Below, piece after piece: positions 39,286 through 51,241 of a DNA stretch of 64,000 bases. Source of the stretch: Nemertoderma westbladi (taxonomy: Eukaryota > Animalia > Xenacoelomorpha); NCBI GenBank assembly GCA_032718475.1, contig JAUCBJ010001327.1, positions 6,209 through 70,208 on the forward strand, written 5' to 3'. Position 1 is the first letter of the stretch, and each line of letters begins with the position of its first letter. Under the pieces are notes generated by a model that had not been told where the DNA came from, ran no database searches, and worked only from the letters and a program-made list of their open reading frames with translations. The position numbers and the translations under genes are program-made.

Positions 39286-42200
39286 ATGACTGAGTTGATA
39301 GAAGGTGATCTTGGTATCAGGGAGCGATATACCCTACCACTGCAAGCGTTTGTTGATAGTTTGATAAGCGGCGACGCTAGTCAACATACGACGGAAGACG
39401 ATGGCCGTTATATCGAACCGCCAATGTCAAAGGAACAGCTCAAGCGTGAATTAGACTATCGGAAATTCACAGCTCGCTATACGCATCGTAATGGTACGTA
39501 TATGGACTTCTTAACTACTGGTCATCCTATCGATTTACACGATACTGACGATGTAGACACCAAAAGGGAAATGATTCTATTTAAATATCATGCCCAGCGG
39601 AGTAGGAATGATAAACTGAGAATTGAACATGAAAATTCTATTCGAAACCGACTCGAAAGAGAAGATGTTGAAGAACCGGATAAACATAGTGATTTCAATG
39701 AATATTTAGAATTCTTGAGAGAAACTTATCTCAATGTAGCTAGTCAACAAAATCTAGAAACTCAATATCCTCAAGGTATACATCATAACCCTATGGTAGA
39801 ACTCAAACGACTCTATTTTACTATGACGTATCTTACCGCCAATCGACCGCTACCTGTTGTCCCGGATAGCTTCGAACAGATGGAGGAATATTGTAAAACT
39901 GGAGAAAGATCACCAGCGTTTCCCTTACAAGACATGCGTCTTTGGTATTACTGCGATGAATGCCCTAGACCCAATCAACAAACGGAAAGACATAAAAATC
40001 CGCGGAGACGTTGCGCTAAACACAGTTTTACTCGCTATACTTAAGGGAGTTTTGAGCGAAACTTATTCGACGCATCACCTACGCTCGCTCGCTCAACTCA
40101 ATCCTTAAATAAACCTATGATCAGAGTTCCGGAATACTCGGTCAGACCTCCTCATTCCCTGGTGCGACCTCAGACTCTTGATCCTAATAGTATGACAGAT
40201 CCTCCTGAATTGTACTCATTGTTCAAAGATCTAGTGTTATCCGAACAATTAGTCGGTGGCACTCCGGTTGTGGGCTCTCTAGATATTCGCCCATCCTACC
40301 TAGCCAGATTGGGACGCGGACATCTAATATCTCTGTTCAACCCGTATAATCGTCCTGGTTTAACTCCGATACAACCTGTCACCGAGGTGGAGGAAAGTTT
40401 TGTATGAAATGCGCTAGTCGCTATTCGGCAGAAGATCGGAAAAGGAACTTACGATTGTTTAGACAAACGTAAATTGCAACAACAAGTCCAAGCGGTAAAA
40501 GAATTGGCTTTACCTCAGTTCGATCGGGAAATCCAGAATCTTGAGGAAGATATCGAACTTGGACGAACATACTCTCTACAAGAGTTCTTGGACGAACGCT
40601 TCCAACGACAAGCGGAGGAAAATCAGCTCGAGGAGAAGCACATCGAAATGGATGAGAGAGAGGAAGCAGCTTTAGCCCAACCGGAAGCTCAAATCCTTAT
40701 GACGGATCTCTATTCCAAAACCATCATTGATCCTTCGATGGTCCCCCATTTCGGAGACAAACTCTTCGCCACGGTACAACCCCAATCGGTTGATATCAAC
40801 TTAAGATCTAGAGATCTTATCGCTGACGCTCCTATGTTACAATGTCCACCAATCGAGGCTGCTCGTGTCGACGGTATACTCGTTGAACCTCTGGACAATC
40901 GAGCGGATCTTGACCGTCGTATGGTACACGAGGTCAATCTACGCGCTAGACCTTTACCGAACTCATTTTACGGGATCAAAGATCACCCCTATTATGTCAA
41001 TTTAACTCAATATTATATGGTGAAACCGGAAGATCCTACACACAGTTTAAAGTTTCTACCATTGATAAATCCCCTTGATCTTGTTGAACTCGAACAACTA
41101 CAGAAACATTTAGACCAATTGGTTAAAGTAAACTCATTCAGAAAACTTTATAATGTTTCAAGAATAGAAAAGGACATAATACCTCCGTATAATCTCAATG
41201 GATTTATTAAAACTTGATTAGTCCATTGGAATCTCGACGTATTATTCGAGGAAGAGAGAATACAGCGATACGGAGATGCAGATACTTATACCACGCATTA
41301 TCTGAAGTATAGCGATTTACCTAATGTAAGCGAATGCGCAACTTTATGGCATCCAGTGGGTATGACCATAGAAAACGCCACCAAAGAGTGGAACGAAACT
41401 CTTAATGTTATAGAAATGTATGGAGTTGTCACTTACGATAACGAAGGTAGCGTTCCGGTTGGAGAGCTGGGAACTACGCAAATGATACACATACGAGGAC
41501 TAGCTGGTTCTACTCATTTATTTACTCGAGCGTGTTCCGAAGTAATCGATTATTCTTTTGAGACTCTCACAGAGATACAAAAGAAACTCCGACATGGACA
41601 GTTCGAACTCGCACAGCGTTATGTTACCGATACCGAGCGCAAACCAGCCATGGGTATAGATGGATCTATGCTACCCCAGCCAGTGCTCGAGATGCTGTTT
41701 GACGAGATAATCCTTAAAATTGGCTCAGCTGTTTATGGAGATCTCCAAAATGACTTCAGAAACATGGAGAATATCCCATATCCTTTCGTAGACACCCAGC
41801 TGATTGCACCCTGGGCAGATGGCCGAGGTTTCTTCCGAACCATGTATGCCAATACATCAAGCAGAATCAATAAAGTACAAAGAACCTCTATCGGACATCT
41901 TGCCTTCCAAGAATACGGATGGAATTTCAAAGTTGGAAATCCTGTCAGTTATCAACAAATATATGGAGACCATTATTCTCGATTATATTTTGACAGACCA
42001 TTAACCGCACCTGGAGTCGTCTATAGCTTTATGAGTGTTCCACTCCGTCCCTCATTAGCTATCATCACCCTCACTAGCTTCGAGAACGCCGCACTTGCCG
42101 GTTGGCTAGCCGATGTGTGCAGTCGCACTATACGTGCTCATCCCTTAGTGCTTGGAACCAAACTCGCCAAGCTAGATGAACACAATAAATTCATCCGATT

Positions 42201-43493
42201 CGAATGCTTTAGGCGCTTTCTGACTCCGTTCCGCAACATTGATAGTCAGTTCAAGACTCAGAGACTAAGCTGCTGAGAAGTTGGACAGCGCTGGATTTGC
42301 CATTTTTAAGGACGTTTGTATACAGAACCTACATTCGTCTGTCATACAAAGACCCCGAATCCCCACTGGTTATTCTATTGTGGAAGTTCAAACAGTGGGT
42401 TCACTTGAAGAAACAGCTGCACCTGGAAGAAGAACCAATTTGCTTGGAATCCGAAGAGATTCAACCCACAGCCCCCAGGAGTAGCGACAATGATTATGTG
42501 TTGGAATGGTATCAGGGTCCACAATGTCTCACGGCATATGATTATCGGCATGCCAATTACAATTCTAGGAAACGTTGCCGATTATGTGCATCACGAGACC
42601 ACTTTACCCCGGTGGACTCCAGCGAACCCTGCTCCTACTTTAAAGAGCAACATATTATGGAGATTTATTGTGCGTATTGTTGACTCAACAATCTACACAT
42701 CTTTGCCGCCTGTCCTCAATTTATGACTCAATGTCACCATTGTCAGTTCAAAGGACATGCAAGTTTCGATTGCCCTTTCAACCGAGATCTGGAGAGCGTA
42801 GACGAAACAGTTACCCTGCATTTCATCAGAGCTTGGGAAGCTAACGCGGATCTCCATTGCGAATCACGTCACCGATACTATCCAGGACGTGCGTATGAAG
42901 GAGTCTATGCGTTTCACCCATACCTCTTTGCATCCGTCGAACAAAATTCTCGCATTCGCAGTTACGAACTGATGAAGCGTGTTGGCAAGAATATTTCAAC
43001 TAAATATGTTCATAAATATCTTAGGAATATTAATCCCAATAACCTGAATTCCTATAACTTGATTAACTTCATCCGTCAAGATCAGGAATACGGCGACTTG
43101 TTCATAAACTCGCATGCTGAATTACAAGAAATTCATAGACGACCCTATGAATATAAAGCCAGAGAACGCGAATTAGAGAGAACAATTAAACCGCGGAAAT
43201 TTCTCACTACACATGGTCAACCTACCGCTGTCGTACAAACGACCCATCAAGGACCGGTAAGAGCTGCCATCCTGAAACGAGCTCTAAAGGTTGTTCGCCC
43301 TCGTTCCACCGATGTTGATATCGATCAACCGGGTACCTCGACCGGCGGATACACCGACCGTAATCCAAAACCTTCTGATGCAATCGCATTGCACCCTTCC
43401 CCCAGGAGTTATAGCCCTCCTAGTAAAGTGGCTCACCCCAAAGAGAAAAAGACTCGTACTAGTCTCAAAAAACATCATAAACGCCGTTCATGA
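39286..43493 (+). pseudogene. Large accessory ORF in env position of element B (~1400 codons reconstructed), unknown function, three zinc-knuckle motifs
   Basis: ORFs starting 39286, 40117, 40474 and 41356 share one frame separated by single stops. After one frameshift at ~42280, ORFs 42297 and 42723 share a frame. Motifs CRLCASRDH...C, CAYC*LNNLHIFAAC and CHHCQFKGHASFDC; basic C-terminus ending ~90 bp before the 3' LTR. Confidence 0.85.
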
Positions 43494-43570
43494 AAGAAGG
43501 ACTAATAGTTTAGAGTATTTTTGTATTTTAGAAACTGTGATTTTTATATTTTAAGAACTTAAATCCCATT

Positions 43571-43582
43571 TTCTGGGAGCGG
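43571..43582 (+). promoter_or_regulatory. Polypurine tract of element B
   Basis: TTCTGGGAGCGG immediately precedes the 3' LTR TGT. The identical sequence abuts the element C 3' LTR (47998-48009, minus). Confidence 0.8.
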
Positions 43583-44702
43583 TGTAAAAGCTTTTGCGGA
43601 CATAACTAGTCATTTTTACGCAATGCGCAGAATACTCTAAAATAGCCCTAAAATTGTTAAACTACGCGTCGGAAAGAAGTTATAACCAAGATGACGAAAT
43701 CTGTCAGCTGATTCTTTGTGTACGTGTAGGTTTCTTTGTTCAGGCTTATTCAGCCAATCAGAGCAATCTTCCCCTTTATGCCAGTAGAGACCTACCTGAG
43801 GAAACTAGCGCAATGCATTATGGTTATGGCTTTTCTGAGAATTAGATAAATCTCAGAATTCTGTACTAAGTATGGTCGTTTCAGACTTTGGCCCAGGAAC
43901 ATCTGATGGCCTTAGTTATAAGAACGTAAATCTATTAACTGAATCACCTTGTCATTTGACTTAACTCAATTCATATCGCATTTCATATAACTGAACACAT
44001 ACTGACTGTTCACCGCACTGTTTTACTGCTGTTTTATATTGTGTTAATTGTTGTTTATTAATGGATGTTATATTTGGAGAATACCGATAAATAATCATAA
44101 GTAATCAATCTTCTTGATTACAGAGGTAAGCGGAGAGAGAGTCTACCGGTAGCAACTGCGACTTAAATTATAGTGGTTTTTGTGTGAATTAAATGTTATT
44201 TCATAATCCTACGTGTGTCAGTTGCAATCCTCCTTATATATGATCAAATTCAGTGACGGTCGGCAAATTAGTGTGAAGTAGTGTAAAGTAGTGTGAAGTC
44301 GTGTGAAGTCGTGTGAAGGTTAATAAAGCATCTCCTAAAGAATGCGCTATTTACGAAACTCTGTGGCCATCTAGTTGTGATTAGTATAAGTCATAACTCT
44401 GTTTTTATACTTAAAGCGCCACGTCCTAAAGGAACTGTTAATATTTCCCCGAAAGTAAATATAGTTGTCAGAGATTATATAGTAGCAATCAATCGAATAA
44501 TACAAAGTAGCTTACACCGCAATACTTCCTAAGGAACCCGAATCCAGTCTCCCACACCGTGGGTCATACGCAGCGCACCGACTGGATTCGGCAGATGTAA
44601 CTTCAGTACACCAGGTAATTGGTAAGGGCTAAAGTCGATTCATAATCAAAAGGACAATTAAAATTGGCAGGTTAAACTGCTAAAGGTCTGAAAGTGCGAA
44701 CA
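43583..44702 (+). repeat. 3' LTR of element B (1120 bp)
   Basis: TGTAAAAGCTTTTGCG...AAAGTGCGAACA followed by TSD GGTAG. Contains a CCAAT box (~43754), TATA-like TTATATA (~44234) and AATAAA (~44322). Confidence 0.95.
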
Positions 44703-45669
44703 GGTAGGACACTATGTTGGACTTAGTGCATGGTAAGCGCACAGTTCACTTGTGCTGCATACATAGTGTCAATAGATATAAGTTACCAGTTGGGGAATAA
44801 TATTGCAGTACTATGGATGCACACACTCGCACTAAAATGAACCGAATCTATTACAGACAGGGCGCAGTCAGCACCAACCGTGTGGAAATCGAGTTGGTTT
44901 GATCTCTGGTCTTGTATATTCATCAACAATAGTAAAGCAATAATAGTAAATAATGATAATGCAATGATATATGCAACAAGATGTTAAAATGCATGCAGCA
45001 AGCCACAATGCATGCAGGCAAGGCGAAATATTACGAGTCTGGTAGTTACAATGACTCACAACAGGGTAATATGTTGTTAGGTTACGCCCGAGAGAAATGG
45101 GATGAACATCGACTATATAAACAAGTAATACTGCAAAAATAGAACAGCCAATAGGACGCAAGAATACCTGCACCGGTAGTTACCAATGAGAGTTCAGCAC
45201 TATACCACAACTGCTGCTAGGCAACATATAAACAAGGTTCACGGTGGTATACAACACGAGTTAGGCATAAATGTTATAAGCACAGAAATTGAATGATTCT
45301 CTGATAATAAATATAAGATTTCGATATGCAGTTAGCCCGTGCAGCAAAAAGACAACTTCAAACTATAATTTTTTCTAGACAAATTCAAACTATAATTATT
45401 ATGTTGTAATCATCTAATGAATTGTAAAAGCTGTTGTGATTATAGAAGATAGAGAGCAGTTAGCGAAATGATTATTTTGTTCTATCGGATTGAGTAGTCA
45501 GAGAGGAGTCGAGGTGTTAATTGATTAATAATAATATAATAACAGCAGTTGCCATGAATTCAATACAATCGCGCACAAGAAGTGATAAGACAAATTAGTT
45601 CTTATTTTTGTAACTAGAAAGCCAGCAAGCTGGCTGGAAGGAGCCCGGGGGAAAAATCCTAGCCAAGAC

Positions 45670-46569
45670 TATGAAGCGCCGTTTACGCCAAAACTATCTG
45701 AATAAATATTATACTCAAGATGTGTCAATAAAAAATATTATACTTAAGATGTATCTAAATTCTCGGCCGAGATTCTCGGCCGAGTTTTTCCCGGCCGAGA
45801 TCTCGGCCGAGTTTTCTCGGCCGAGATTCTCGGCCGAGATTCTCGGCTGAGTTTTTCTCGGCCGAGTTTTTCTCGGCCGAGAAAGTATTAAAATATGAAA
45901 CGGCGGGAAATTTAAAATGGCGTTGTATTTGCAATAATTACAGTATTTACAGCAGTACAGTACATAAGCCTGCATCCTATTGCTACCGTTTCACTTCACT
46001 ATCCTACACGTGTGCAGCTATGCCTATGGCTGTATGGCTGATGCCAATGTAGAACTGGTTGGAGGTATCAGCGGTGGGAGGCCTCGTTACGAAATTACGG
46101 AGAGGCAGTTGCACTATTTACAGAATATTGGATTCTCTCGAAGAGATACGGCACGCATTTTGGATGTTAGCGAACGAACTATTTCAAGGCGTTGTAAACA
46201 ATATGGACTGAATAATAATAAATACTCTGATATAGATAATGTCAACCTTTATAAAGCTATACGACATATATTGAGCAATATTTCCCGCTGTTACAACTTT
46301 TAAGATTATAAATTCTCGGCCGAGAAAAACTCGGCCGAGAAAAACTCGGCAGAGAAAACTCGGCCGAGATCTCGGCCGAGAAAAACTCGGCAGAGAAAAC
46401 TCGGCCGAGAAAAACTCGGCAGAGAAAACTCGGCCGAGATCTCGGCCGAGAGAAACTCGGCCGAGATCTCGGCCGAGAATTTAGATACATCTTAAGTATA
46501 ATATTTTTTATTGACACATCTTGAGTATAATATTTATTCAGATAGTTTTGGCGTAAACGGCGCTCCATA
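45670..46569. mobile_element. Non-autonomous IS3EU-type DNA transposon (900 bp)
   Basis: ~100-bp TIRs TATG(A/G)AGCGCCGTTTACGCC...; 6-bp TSD CAAGAC (45664-45669, 46570-46575); subterminal arrays of the palindrome CTCGGCCGAG; internal HTH transposase fragment. TAY termini plus a 6-bp TSD are IS3EU hallmarks. Confidence 0.85.
46030..46303 (+). pseudogene. N-terminal helix-turn-helix fragment of an IS3EU-type transposase
   Basis: GRPRYEITERQLHYLQNIGFSRRDTARILDVSERTISRRCKQYGL...YSDID; the catalytic domain is absent. Confidence 0.75.
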
Positions 46570-46798
46570 CAAGACTATTACAAAGAACTATGTCAGTCAG
46601 CAGTAAGTAAACTAAAATTGTCTAAACTGCAAGGCGTGAGGCTAGCTGACTTTGTGGCTCGCCCCACATAATAAAAAATGCAACTTAGCTACCACTAACA
46701 AAAATATAATATGAAGCAAATAATTTCATTATCAAGCACGTTTACAAGATATAAGATGCGATTACCGAATATTTATAAAAAATGCCCATGATGCACAA

Positions 46799-47997
46799 TG
46801 TTTGCTTGCGCTTTTGAAGACCTTTGACAGTTTAACCTGCCAAAATTAGAATGTCTTTTAGATGATATATATTCTTTAGCTTTATGACGAGTATTTGATA
46901 CACTACATTAGCTGAAGCCAGTCTATGCGCAATCATTCACCCGTTGGATATACCCGGGAGACTGAGTTCGGAGCTTAATGATTGATGGTGTAAGCCTACT
47001 GTATTATTCGACTGATCGTAATATATAATCTCTGACAAATATTATTCACTTTCGGGAAATATTAACAGTTCCTTTAGGACGTGGCGCTCTAAATATGTAA
47101 ACAGAATTATGACTTAAACTAGACACAACGAAAAGGCTATAGATTCACGTATATGGCGCATTCTTTAGGAGATGCTTTGTTATCAGTTACACTCATACAC
47201 AATGCTGCACAATACTGCACACTAATCTGCCGACCTTCACTAAATTTGGTCACGTATAAAGAGAGCAACATACAATTTATGTCGGGCATATGAAATAGCA
47301 TTAGATTCACTTCAAACCACTCAACATAGGTCGCAATCGTTTATCTGTAACCGGTCTCTCTAACCTTTAGTATATCAAGAAGGTGGGGTGTCTGACTATT
47401 GATCAGTATTCCGATATAATAATTCATCAACCAATATAATGAATAACCATCAACAAAAGCAGTAATGTAAGATATGAATTGCATAGATATGTATGATAAG
47501 ATTGTAATTAACTCGGTAACTCAAGTTAGTCGTTTGCATTGATAACAGATATACGTTCTATAATTAAGCCTACTAATGTAAAGCTAAAGAACGCTGATAT
47601 ACGGAGGTGCTAAAAGCCGATGTTCTTAGGCTCTGAGCAAAAACATAACACTGAACTACTGAGTTCTGTATACACCTCCAACACAGAGACAAAAAACGCT
47701 CTGATTGGTCAACCGAACAACGAGAGAACAAAGAAACAAAGAAACGTCGACGTGGCAATATCAGCTGTTAGCCGTCGTCATGGTAGCGACACTGTTTTCA
47801 AGAGTATCCAGCTTATCGCGTCACGAGATTGCGGATTATGTCCTCTAAAGTACAAATACAGTACAAGCACAGAAGAAATGACTTTTATGTCCCCTAAAAC
47901 ACCAGCACAGCAAGGACACGGCCTCCTTATGCCTGGCAAACCAACTACAGAGTACTTTAAGGGAAAATAACCGGTTAATGACGCAAAAGCTTTTACA
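46799..47997 (-). repeat. 3' LTR of element C (1199 bp)
   Basis: Matches 58382-59571. By eye there are about three substitutions and two short indels. Confidence 0.96.
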
Positions 47998-48075
47998 CCG
48001 CTCCCAGAAAATGGGATTTAAGTCTATAAAATATAACAAATCACAGTTTCTAAAATATAAAGATACTCTAAACAG

Positions 48076-49595
48076 TTAGTCTTTCTTACGCAGACGGCGT
48101 TTACGCAGTTTTTTGAGGCTAGCAAGAGTCCTTTTCTCTTTGGGGCGAGCCACTTTACTAGGAGGGCTATAAATCCTGGGTGAAGGGTGCAATATGATTG
48201 CATCAGAAGGTGTAGGATTATGGTCGGGGTATCCGCCGTTTCGATATGCTTCTCCTCGAGCTGATTTTCCTCCGCTCGTAGCTGGATACGTCCATCCAAA
48301 ACTCTCGCAGAGAATGGGGTTGTCTAAGTTCGATATCTTCTTAGAGATTCTGGATTTCACAATCGAACTGAGATAAAGACAATTCGTTTATCGCTTGGAC
48401 TTGCTGTTACAACTTACGTTTATCTGAACAAACGCAGGTTTCCTTTCTGATCTTTGTAGAATAGCGTTTAACTCGTTTGGTACAACGCTCTCCGCCACTT
48501 TGGTGACAGGTTATATCGTGTTAAGCCGGGACGATGGTAAGGGTTAAACGGCGATATTAAATGTCCGCGTCCCAATCCGGCTAGGTAGAATGGGCTAATA
48601 TCTAGGAAGCCCACAACTGGGGTGCCACCGATTAATTGTTCAGGTAACACTAGATCTTTGAGCAGTGAGTACAGCTCGGGAGGATCCGTCATACTAATAG
48701 GATCAAGAGTCTGAAGTCTCACTAGGGAATGAGGAGTTCTGATCGAGTATTCCGAAACTCTGATCATAGGTTTATTTAAGGATCGTCTGAGTCGAACGAG
48801 CGTAGGGGATACATCGAACAAGTTTCGCTCGAAACTCCCGTAAGTATAGCGAGTAAAACCGTGTTTAAAGCAACGTCTCCGCGGATGTTTATGTCTTTCC
48901 GTTTGTTGGTTGGGTCTTAGGCATTCATCGCAATAATACCAAAAATGCACGTCTTGTAGGGGAAACGCGAGTGATCTTTCTCCAGCTTACAATATTCCTC
49001 CATCCGTTCGAAGCTATCCGGTACAACAGGTAGCGATCGATCGGCGGTAAGATACATCATAGTGGAATAGAGCCGTTTGAGTCCTACCATGCGGTCATGA
49101 TGTATACCTTGAGGATATCGAGTTTCTAGATTCTGTTGACTGGTAATATCGAGATAGGTTTCTCTCAAGAATTCCAGGTATTTGCTGAAGTCGCTGCGTT
49201 TATCCGGCTCTTCAACATCTGCACTTTCGAGTCGGTTTCGAATAGAATTTTCGTGTTCGAGTCTCAGTTTATCGTTCCGCTTCCGCTGGGTATGATATTT
49301 AAATAGACCATTTCCCTTTGGTGTCTATATCGTTCGTATCGTGTAGGTCGATAGGATGACCAGTAGTTAAGAAGTTCATATATATACCATTACGATGCGT
49401 ATAGCGAGCGGTGAATTTTCTACAGTCCAACCCACGCGCAAGTTGCTCCCGGGACATTGGCGGTTAGATATAACGACCATCGTCCTCCGTCGTAGTTAGA
49501 CCAGCGTCGCCGCGTATCAAGCTATCAACAAACGCCTGTAAAGGTAGAGTATATCGCTCCCTGATACCAAGATCATCATCTATCAACTCAATCAT
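48076..49595 (-). pseudogene. Element C copy of the accessory ORF, frameshifted, with ~2.7-kb central deletion
   Basis: ORFs 48917-49168, 48468-48950 and 48076-48360 match the N-terminus and extreme C-terminus of 39286-43493. The junction EEKHIE|...GGYxD is at ~48238. Confidence 0.9.
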
Positions 49596-51241
49596 ATCTG
49601 CTATATAAGCTTATCCATATTATAATGAGTTTATATTTAGGCGAGCGGGCGTCGCTGCCTACCCCTCTCTGCCCCCGGACGGTGCGAGATCCTCAGCGCT
49701 GGTGTACTTTCGCCGATGTGCCTATCGCCAACGTCGTAGCTGCACAACGACTACAACAACCAGCACGAGCCACTCCACCGTCCGTCCCAAAGGCTTAGAT
49801 ATACTTCAGGTTCTTACTGGAGAGTTAGGGTTACTTTCACAATTGCGACTCGCTACTGTAAACACACCTTAGTAGTAACATTCACCTACAAACGCACAAA
49901 TTCCACGTAACAGTCACAAATGGTACACATTCTATCACACATTCGGGTCATTTGTCCGTTAGTCAAGTGCCTTCCAGAATGTCACGTTGTTATTATGTAT
50001 TCTTGGATACTAGCGGTGTGCTATTTATTCCGTATGCTATTCAATACGCAAGCCTTTTATTGTTCTTTTAACTCACTTCTAATTCTAGCGTGGTTGTTGC
50101 CATGGTGACATTATGGAAAGCTAGCGGTAGAATTAGGGTAATTCTCATGCATACAGATCTGGGATGCTATTTAATAGTAAGTCTTTAATGGTCAATATCC
50201 CCTTTATACATGATTCTATGAATTTTATCGGCTATTGTCTATACATTGGAGATTCTCGCACAAAAATACACTTAATAGAGTGAATCTCCGCTCCCATGAT
50301 CTATTAATTAATGGAATTTTGGGAATGTTATAAATTGTACAAAATGACAATTTATTAAATTCATTGAAATATATGAATTTAAATTTATTCCCGTAAATTT
50401 TATTATTTAATGTTAAATAGACACAATTTTATTCCAGAACATGTCTGGGGACTGGGATCCTTGATTCTAGGAATTTTGTCCTTTTAAGAGTATCGGTAAG
50501 TGCTACGATATCTTAATCGACTAGAATTTTAAAGGATCTGATATTTGACAGATTTTTGTAAATATTAATAATTAATATTTAGGATGGGCACCAGTTTATT
50601 CCAGAACTTGTCTGGGGACGTTAACCATTGATTCTAGAAATTTGTCTTTCAAGTATATCGGTGGGTGCCGCGATATCTTAATCGACTAGAATTACAGATG
50701 GTCAAAGGGTTTAACAGATTTATTTTGCGTTATACACTACTGTTAAAGGGACATCACGCTACTATATGTATTATTTAATATACGGTATGAGAGCAATATC
50801 GCACGAAGCAATGTCAGTGTGAAGAGGCAAGTCGTTTCCAAGGTCTACCCAGAGCTTGGTTTAGCCGAGACACGAGGATCTGAACTTTGCATTCCTAATA
50901 CTCTGCCTACCAATAATACTTAAATATAGTAGTGGCTTTATTGTACTTTAATAAGTACGGATATTTCATCTTACTGTAGTCACGTATTTATAATATGATA
51001 CGGACAGTAAGGAAAGAGAAAAAGAATTATTTCTCGCCGTCGCACTAAATATATAATATACGTAATTAAATAATAAACGCGAATATATATTGCACTAATC
51101 TACTAAATAATCTCTAAAATACCATACTACTAAATAAAATTAAATAAAACGATTAAAATAAAATTACATAATAATACATACATAAATATAAAAATAAAAC
51201 AAATACAAAATAATAGAGTCACACACCCACTCCATATGTTG

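Larger units (their letters stand above)
26168..44702 (+). mobile_element. Full-length BEL/Pao LTR retrotransposon (element B, 18.5 kb including a 1.9-kb nested insertion)
   Basis: TG...CA LTRs at both ends; 5-bp TSD GGTAG (26163-26167 and 44703-44707); Gag-PR-RT-RH-IN order; PPT before the 3' LTR. Confidence 0.97.

Noticed and set aside
39286-43493. Envelope glycoprotein (env)
   Set aside because: No N-terminal signal peptide, no hydrophobic transmembrane segment near the C-terminus and no evident fusion-protein cysteine pattern. It has zinc knuckles and a basic tail instead.
45423-45436. TGTAAAAGCTGTTG resembling the LTR start
   Set aside because: The similarity does not extend beyond ~14 bp, and there is no matching LTR end or TSD.
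45715-46568. ORFs 45715-45975 and 46257-46568
   Set aside because: Translations of the CTCGGCCGAG subterminal arrays and TIRs.
47573-47970. ORFs inside the LTRs (also 59152-59534, 26303-26491, 43654-43845)
   Set aside because: They are duplicated only because LTRs are duplicated, are not conserved between the B and C LTRs, and show no recognisable motifs.
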